A DNA stretch of 64,000 bases from the human T2T-CHM13v2.0 reference genome, Homo sapiens. A model generated the notes under the pieces. That model saw only the letters and a list, made by a program, of their open reading frames with translations, did not search any database and was not told the origin of the DNA. Location of the stretch: assembly GCF_009914755.1 (NCBI RefSeq), contig NC_060933.1; one strand, 5' to 3'. Of the stretch, positions 54,906 through 64,000 are shown piece after piece (the stretch's first letter is position 1; every line of letters starts with the position of its first letter). Position numbers and translations under genes: made by a program.

Positions 54906-57900
54906 TAAATTAAATTAAATTCAGAAAAGGGGGTCCTTGTTGTAGGTCCCTCCTCCCTGAGAAAAAGGCCAGACTCATTCCCAGGAGGGTGGAGCTTTGG
55001 TCTACTTAACTAGGCATTCCCTTGAGGAAAGATTCTCGTAGATTGAATATCTGGAAGTAACAATGAAAATCAAGTGTCCACCCGCTTCTCACTCCAACAA
55101 GGAAGGAGGGGGACATCCTGCAAACACTCCCCGCCATCCCTGTCACTGCTCTCTTCACCTCCAATCCTGCTCTTCTGCCAGCTGAGCCAGAGCCCAGCCG
55201 ATGGTGTCTGATGGAGGCAAGCACTGAATGCCAGCCTTCGCTTCCTCACTCTCCTTGTTGAGCCACTGGACTGGCAAGTTTGCCCACAGCTTAAACATAA
55301 TATCCCAGCAGCACCTGGAGATTGGCGTTTATGAACAGTAATAAAAAGTGTCATTTTAGCAGATCAGCTCCTGGAAGGATCCTGGGGAATCCATCAAAGC
55401 TCTATTTACTGAGTAAAGTGAACTCCTTTTCCCAATCGATGAGCAATAATAACCAAGGCAACTCCTCTGTACCCCACTCTTAAATCTGTGCTTACTCCCC
55501 TTTTTAATAACTAGGGACTTTTTCAAAGAAAATCTTTAACGCTTCAAATGGTCTGTACTGTTTGGAGTACACAGAGCCCCACTAGATACAGAGCCCCACA
55601 GCCAAGCCCTCAGAGGGAAAGGCTCTACTGCTACGTGACCCAGGAGATTCAAGCCTCTTCTCCTCAACCTTTCTTTCCCCAACCCCCAACACTCACTCTG
55701 GTCTCAAAAAAGACAAGACCGAAACCAAGTCAAGCCGAAACCATGCCAAGAGCCTGCACTTTTAAAATCTCAGTTACCCAAATCCCGCTCTAGGTCTCTT
55801 CATTTCCTACCTCTCTTCTGTGTATGCAGATGAGTCCCTGGGCTTCCACCCTGGTCACCTCTCTTCCTCTCCTCCTCTCCACCAATCCTATGAGCTGAGC
55901 ACTGAGAGCATCTGTCCCAGGAGATGTAGGTGCCCAGCTAACAGCTTTACAGGGATAATGAGTTTGCCAAGATGTGGCAGGAAGTGTTTTCTCCCCAGAC
56001 AACTGGCCAGGCAGCATTTCACACTGCATATTTTTACTAAACCTCCTTGTCCTCAAGGCTCCTGTCTCACCGGGGACAGCGACAGTTGGTTGTTCTCACA
56101 TACTTGCATGGACTCCCATGTTTGGATAATTCAGAGAAGCAGGAATTTCAAAGACGCTGCAGTAGCTGTCTGCAGAACCTTTCAAGGAGCAGGAAGTGCT
56201 CATGTTGGCAGCGTCGAGAATGTGCAGAAGGAACAGGGGCTGTGGGACCCACACAAGCGGAAGGTGGAGAAGTAATGAAAGCAGACATTTATTTGGGGTG
56301 ACGGATGAAGCTACAGGCCACCAGAGTTCAGCACTTTGCAGTCACTGATTCCTATTTCTTGCCAACTACTTAAGGTGCCTGAATTAGGGCAAATCTATTT
56401 TCAAGTATCTCACATGGACACATCGTCCTTTTTCATTCCTGGACATTTGGATCAGAAACTAGTGGTATCTTATGATGACTTGTAAGATGAAGGAGACAGA
56501 AATAAACAAACCTCCAGCCTGGAAGGTGAAGATCATCTCTGCTCCTCCCAACCCCACCTCCACTCCCACAAGAGCACCCTTCAGTACAGAATAAAGGCAC
56601 ATGCATCTTCAAGACCACCCAACACCTACAGCGACAACTACGGAAAGGATGGAGGAAAAGGAGGTTCCCTGCTGTTCTCTTCAAGACAAAGCATTTGGTA
56701 AAGTGCCCAGCCTAGCTCTGACCCCACTGAGGGGAGAAGAATGACTTGTCATCACTGGTGTGGGTTTTCTAGACTTTGAGAAGCATCCCTTCCAAACAGG
56801 CATAAATCCTACATGGAGTTCCTGGTCTGCAGGAAGACCTGAAGATGGAGAGGATTAAGCCACAGAAGCAATGGTCATTTGCAGGCAGAGGACTCTAGCT
56901 TCCAAGATTTTTGTTCGGGAATCTGGAATTCAAACTTATGTTACCACTCGTTTTACAACTTGAATCCCTAGCTAAATGATGCAAGAAAACAGAGGAAAAA
57001 AGGGGTAACTGCTTCTGGAAACTGACAGTTAAATGCTGGTTATTAACAATGACTGGGTCCAAAAATGCAAAAGGAAAACAAATACATACTTGGCCCAGTT
57101 TCTAACTAGTTTTCTGCCATCAAGGCAAAAGCCAGCTGCTTTGTTAATTATTCAGGAGGTGGGTTCTGAAATGGCATAAAAGGGAAGCAAGTCAATAGTG
57201 GGGAATTTGCATATGCAGATTGAAATGCAAAAGAGTGTCTCCACCTATGGGGTGCAGTGGCTGTTCCTATGCAGTAAATTCAATACATTTAGGGTGGCAA
57301 ATACGTGTATACTCTCTCAAGCCTCCAAAACTCAGTCCTAAGAAACAGGAGAGAAGGAATGGTGGCGAGACTTATGTCTGAAATGGGGTGACTGAGCTCT
57401 GTAAGAGGCGGTGTTGTCCCAGCCCATTATCAATCTGGTGTGGAAATTGATTAGCAAATAAGAGACATGATACGTTTATTTCCTTCATGGTACATAAACA
57501 TTGGGAAGTGACCCTGTTCCAATATTCCTTAAACAAAAGACAAGTGACCCTGCTTGTTTCATGGTATTAACAAGTTCAATGGTAATAACAGTGAAAGAAA
57601 ACCCAAAACCACATCCTTTAAGAATTACTGTAACTTCCACTCAGATGACCGAGACACCTTGAAATAGTTGTAGTCTTGCCAAAATATCTGAGGCATCACT
57701 GACACCAAAATCGAAGGTGACAGTGTGGGTTTGATTTATTTCTTTCCACTGCAACTTTGATACCAGCCCTGGAATTCAGCAGCACAACACCTTGTTATGT
57801 ACTGCACAGCCAGCTGAATTTGCCTAACTTTCATCAAAGGTCCAAACTGTAAAGTTACACTGTGACAAAGACCCTATTCCTCTTGAGAGACACAGAGCAA

Positions 57901-58149
57901 TACTCCTCTAGAGGTAGCAAGGTAGGAAAACCCTTGGGAATTGTTGAATTCCCTTTAGGGAAATGCCAAGACAGGATATTATTAGAGAAAAGTCTAGAAG
58001 GATATACAATGGCAATTACGGGGACTTCATCTTTTACCTTGTGTGGTTCTGATTTTTAACGACAACCAAGAATTGCAATTATAATGTGCTAAAGGTATGT
58101 AACAGGTCCTTGACAATATTTGCTGACTAACCCATTTTTTCATCTATAT

Positions 58150-58720
58150 TTTCTGGTGACCACAATTGCTCCTCAGCCAGGCTCCCAGCTTTCACACTTG
58201 CCCCCGCTAGAGTCTATTCTCACACAGCAGCCAGGTGATCTCTTTCAAACCTAAGTCAGATCCCACACTTCTGCTCCCCCTTCATTCCGACCAAGACCCA
58301 AAGTCCTACGTGATTCTGCCTTGGCCAGCACCCCCTTTCCACCCACACTGCCTTCCTCGAGCTCGTCTGCACCAGCTCCCACTGCCGAGAATGCCCTTCC
58401 TTTAGAGAGCCACGGGGCTCATCCCACTTCAGGTTTTTGCTCAAGTATCACCTACACAATGAGGCTCACTCTGACCCCATTAAAAATGCACTCTGCTATG
58501 TCACCCCTTCACCTCCCCCATCTCCTTCTACTTATTCCATAGCTCTTGTCACCTTTAAATGGACTAATCTGTTATGTTTATTATGTTCACTGTCTGCTGC
58601 CCCTGCACCCCACTAACATGTTGGCTTCACAAAGCAAGGATTTTTGTTTTGATCTCGCATGCATTCCAAGCACTCAGAATAGTGCCCGATTTGATAAATA
58701 TTTGTCAAATGAATGGTTTT
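58150..58720 (+). mobile_element. L2 3' fragment
   Basis: L2-like sequence ending ataaatatttgtcaaatgaatg. Confidence 0.65.
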
Positions 58721-59531
58721 TAAAGCATTTCTATTTATAAAAAGAAAGGATGCTACAGTGTTCCGATATTGGTAAGCCAGCCTGGCACTCTTCTCAAAAT
58801 AGCAGGCAACTAACAAAAAAACCCTGTGCATACTCCAGCATGGAGTAAGTCTCATTAGACATGGTCAGTCTCTGGCCAAGACATCCCATGATAAAAAGTA
58901 CCAGTGATTACAAACCCCCTTCAGCCATACACTGCTTATTACTCAACGTGAACTGTGAAGTCTACATCTAATGTATGGTGATCCCAGGAGCCAACTTATC
59001 CAACAAAGGGTCTGAATATTAAGTCAACACCTCTCTCTTTCATAAATTTCCTAGGAATTGGGTTCATGGTCTATGGCTCTTCCTCAGTACTGTTCTTTCT
59101 CGTTTTTCTTTGTGCCTTCAAATAGGAACTGCTTAGGTCTAATATTTCCAGCTCTGGCCTTCATCTCTAATTTCCATCTCTACAACTATTTCTACTAACG
59201 TGTCACATGTCTTCTATCTGGTTTTCAAAGAAAGAGGAAAACAGATCCTTAAGATCCAAGTTGTTGGGTCAAAACTCTAGTCCCGATATAAGCCAAGATA
59301 AAGCCTCATTTGTGCAAAACATGGGGAAGGATGAAATTAACATTTAATATCACTTTAAAGCCTTCCGTGCCTGCTTCCAAACCCTGCAGAATTATGGAGA
59401 TTGAAGGCTTTGGCTGGTGAGCAGGGACCTCCATGTTGGCCTCTCAACCGGTTTGGGGGTATGTGGGTGAAGGTGGGGGAGAGCACTCTGCTGGGCTATC
59501 CACTGCGCAAGCACCTAGGAAATCGACTGAC

Positions 59532-59643
59532 CTTTCTTTGCCCAGGAGACCCTCCTCTCACTGGAGTGCACGTAATCTTCAAATACCGTCTGCAAGACTG
59601 TGGCTCGCTCTCGGATTTCCTGGGGGCCAACAGCATGGGATTT
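59532..59643 (-). CDS. DDX31: DDX31 third-from-last exon ([37 protein letters not shown])
   Basis: Acceptor ctctcag, donor AAG|GTCAGT; 112 nt, phase 1 joins the next exon. Upstream exons lie beyond the window. Confidence 0.93.
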
Positions 59644-62600
59644 CTGAGAGGGCGACGGAAGGATTAAAGGAGAGATAGAGTCAAGGTCAGGAATAATGAA
59701 GCAGTTTATAATAGATTTAATAACAGTAAAATCACACAGTAACCACCTAGGGCCAACAAGGGTAATCCTTTCAATATTACTAGGAAAAAAGGGAGCTATA
59801 GAGATGTCAAAGTCAAGTAAGGATGAGGGTGGCTTTATGAGAGAGAACATCAGGTCTGTTTACTTATTTACTTACTTTTCTTCCTGACCTCTTACCATGC
59901 ATGTTCAAAATCAAAGACCATTGGAGACACTTTGGAATTTTCCAAGTCCAATTCAGACATTTAAAACATCACTGAACATGAGCTGTTTTCAAATGGGTCT
60001 TGGATCTCCTAGGAATCTTCACCTTTCCCTCACGCGCATCAGTGGAACACCGACAATTTCTCTTCATGAGCACTCCACAGTGACCTGCCTAACATTCTGC
60101 TTTTAAAAGTTACCCCATCCTTGAATTTCAGAGCAGGCTTCCTCAGTGCCTAGAGCGGTTCAGACTTCTAGTGTTTCAAATTTATTCCTCCAGCCCATGG
60201 CCACTGTGGCCAGGAACCTATTAAGGAGTGAGTGGGCTGTTCCAGGACAACACACTCAAAGACTGCCTGGATCTTTGCAGCAAATCGTCCCTGTGTAAGA
60301 AGTAGCATCTGTGTGCATGCAAAGAGCCTACAGATGGAAAATGTTAATAAAATAGACAATTATTTTCTTTTCATCCTTTAACAGTACCAGAGAAAAAAAT
60401 TTCCTTTTTAAATATCCCCGCTAAAAACTAGTGGCTTTTGTCTCCAATATCGTAAAACAAACATGAGTGCTTTCTACTGAATGTGAAATCAAGAGAACAC
60501 AGATTCTTCCACCCAATGAGGCCAACCTGCCAAGTGACACTGATCACTTGAGTGGTGCTAGTGCCTCTACTTCCACCTGCCACCCTGGTGTGAACCCCCG
60601 GGGAAAATCCAGAGTGAGACCGGGTCGTGCTGCTTAACCTTGTAGAGGACGGTGTATGAGCGCCTGCATCTGGCCTCACTAAGACTCCCTGAGCCTCTCT
60701 TTCACCTTTAAGGCTGACAGAGGAAGAACAAAGGGGAGGAAAGAAAAAGCCTCATTCTCTGGATCGACGTTCATCTCTATATTAAGAGACTTAACAACGT
60801 GAAAATGTTTTTAGTTTAGTCAAATCATTCCTGCTACCTGTTTGGTTGATGACAGTCTCGCTGATTTCACAGTTCAATACAAGGTCCCCCTAAGGGTTCT
60901 ATCCGCTAAAATGTCAGGAGAAGAGTCACTCAGGAGCCGTGTTACCAAAGTGGACATTTGCTATTGTCATTAACAAGGATTTTTTTTTTTTTACCCTCTT
61001 AACTGATGTGAAATGCAAACTTTTTTTTGCTGCCCTCCTTTCGTTAAGCCACCTCAGCAGCGCAACTGTCACCTTCCCTGTGTTTTTTTTTTTTTTTAAT
61101 ATGAATGTGAAATTAGCGAGGATGCCCTTTCCCCTGGCGGACAGAATCCTCTGTTATTAAAAAGTAAAGCACTTTAATAATGAAAACTTTTTCCTCTTTT
61201 TCTTGTGTTTTAACTGTTTAAAATTAATGAGAAGGGCAGAATGGTTGTCAAAGCAATATTGAAAGCCGGGCAGCCAGGACCGAATAAGCACAAAAATCCC
61301 TCTAGAGTGTTAAATAAACAGAGCTCCAGCCCTCTCCGAATCCCTCTGTTGGTTATTGTATACATTCTGTAACAGCTCTCAGAATAGATCTGAGAGCCAG
61401 GGAGGCAGAGAGGTTTCAGAATTCCAATAAAGGCCTCAAATTAAAGACAGCCTGGTGCGAATTCCAGGAGAAAATTAAAGAGACCTCAAGCTTAAGTGAC
61501 AGGTGACTTGCTTCTGTGTCACAACTGTCAGGGGATTTAGTGATAATATGGCAATATATTACAAAGGGCTTTTCTTATTCCCCCCTTTAGGTTTCAAAAT
61601 GAGGCATCTTTTCTTCCCAACCAAAAAAAAAAAAAATTACATATATATAATGTGAGTGTGTATACAAGCGAAATACGTAGGGAAAAAAAAAACAGGATAG
61701 AACTAGGTTCACAGGTTTGAAATGATAAGGTCAGTTTTAGTAAAATATAAGAAAAAGTTAATGGCAGAAAAAAATATATACAATACTTAGGAAAAAAAAA
61801 ATCTTACTCCTCCCTAACCCCTGCTTCCAGAAATACCTTATTTTAAAATTGCCCCTCTTGAGAATGAATGAGGTATTTTTCAGTTGTCTTCTGGGGAGGA
61901 CAGTCTAAATTTAAACTGAAGACAGAGGGGGGCAGAGTTATGCAGCACCATCTCAGCCCCCGACAGGTAAAATGCTCCTATAATGAGAGCGGGTCAAACC
62001 CCTGAGGGCACATGGATACCTGGCAGGGCTGGCTCTCCCACCCTCCAAGACACAGAGTCAGTACTGGTTAATGAAGCTAACTTCAACTAGTGGACCATGG
62101 GTAGTTTAGAAAAACACATTTCCAACCATCCATCCGCACGCAATGCACCTTTGTCTCTAACATCCTACTGATCTTGGAAAACACAGGCCATCAGAAAGGA
62201 TGAGCAGGGGGCTCTGAACTTATTTTAAGATCTCACAATGCCAGCAACGGCTCCTTTGTTGGGATAAGTTTACAGGTATATTTCACAGGACAAAAACGCT
62301 TGTAGGAAAAACATGGTTGGGTGTGTGTATACTTTGATGATGAAGATTTCACACCTATCAAGAAGCAACAGATGAGTCTAAGATAAATAGGCTGGACTAT
62401 TTTTATTATAAAAAGTAATAGCAAAGGTGGGAGGTTTTTGTGAAAGCCTGCACCTTGATATTGCCAACTTCCAAGGTATTTTTAAGCAAAATGGAAGGGT
62501 TTTGTTTTAATCACTTTATTGCCAAGCTGAGTTTTACCCCCATGGTCCCTAGAACCTTCTGAGTGCTTCCCAGTAAAGTTGAAAGATCAAATTTATTCTC

Positions 62601-64000
62601 TTTGTAGGTAGGTGAACATTCACACACCCAGACATAGCTATATATGTTTTATATACCTAAATATGAAATATACATTTTACAGATGCTTCACTCGCTTTCT
62701 TTCTGTTCACAGAAGCCCAAAAATGTATGTGCCAAAGGGACATTTACCATGGGCTTCAATCACGCTGGGTGAAGGAGAGGGGCACTGTAATGAGGTGTCT
62801 GGCTATCTGAACGAAAGGCCTAGCTACTGAACCCACATTTACATGCCTGGCATTAGTTCACATGCTAGAGAACTGCTCAAATTGAGGACAGCAATTAAGA
62901 CACACGTTATTTCTTACGCATAACAGATTTAAAAGTTGTATCCAGCATCTACTTTATTCTTCTTACTACTGACATGAATCACACATAAAATACTCTCTCG
63001 GGTTGTGTATATCTATGTGATAATTAGTAACACAGTCAATTTAGTTTAGTTTTTCTTTTTCCTCTGAATTCAAGTTAAACTTGGCTCAGCAAGCCAGGTC
63101 TTCACCAACATGACACCTACAACGTAGGATGGTTAATTTAGCTTTCTAAGTTAACCAGTTATATCATGAAAGCCCAAACTTACTCAGCTTTTCTTAAAAA
63201 AAAAAAAAAAAATCACCAAACCTTAAAAATATCCAAGCATTCACTACTGTCTATCAAGGTAGGAGCTGGGGCTGAGATCATGAGACAGAGTTTCTAGACC
63301 TAAGAATCTATGAGGTCTGGAACTCTACAGGGCACTTTATACCTCGTTTTATTTAAATCTCACAGCAATTGTATGTTTTACAGATGGGAAAACTGAGACT
63401 GGGGAGAAGATAATCTGCCTGAGATTGCAGAGCTAACAGCTGGGAAGCAAGGATTCAAACTCAAACTCATATCTATCTGGGACCTGGCTCTTACTCATGA
63501 AGTTAGAGCCACTCCTCAAGTCTCAGGAAGTCCTTGAGGCTGGCCTCAAGCCAGGGAAAGTCTTAAGGAGAAGAATTTATGCTGCAAGGCCACAGAAGGG
63601 CAGATGCTACCAAAAAAAAACGACTGTAGCTTGTTGCTGACAGAGTGGAGGGAGATGCAGCTGCTCCGCTCCTTCTCTGGGGACGTGTCCTTCAGGAGAG
63701 GCTTCCTGCCCTTCTACAGCTTCCCTGCGTTGCGCAGACACACAGTGATCAACTCCCTGGAGAGAAATGATCTGCACTCGGGGATAAAGACTGACACCAA
63801 TGCCAGGCCCAGAAAGAGTATACCTGAGACGACGTTTGATCAAACTTACTATCTCATTGTGTAATTGTACTACTTGCCTTTATTTCTAGAGAGCTGGCAG
63901 ATGCTAATGTTCCACTTATTATGATACAGCAAAAAAGGGCACTGGGATTCATGTCCCTGAGTCTGGGCTTTAATTCCACATCTGCTACTAACTTGTATGA

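Overview
Human (primate) genomic DNA that I recognise as the chr9q34 CFAP77-BARHL1-DDX31 locus. It contains the last intron and terminal exon of CFAP77 (+). It contains the complete three-exon BarH-like homeobox gene BARHL1 (+, 327 aa) inside CpG islands. It also contains the last three coding exons and 3' UTR of the DEAD-box helicase DDX31 (-), convergent with BARHL1. The first 15.5 kb is dense in Alu, L1, MaLR and DNA-transposon relics; I see no Alu for about 33 kb around BARHL1. Most ORFs in the supplied track are spurious. The most notable structure is a layered regulatory architecture on BARHL1: (1) three co-oriented RE1/REST sites within 190 bp of the 5' end; (2) three uORFs in the frame of the CDS plus a G-quadruplex before the ATG; (3) an in-frame upstream 3' splice site that would split homeodomain helix 3; (4) paired Pumilio elements plus an ARE in the 3' UTR; (5) several candidate enhancer blocks inside neighbouring genes. 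A ~280 bp direct repeat with an 85 bp perfect core brackets the CFAP77 terminal exon. Gene and repeat names come from recall and manual translation, not database searches.
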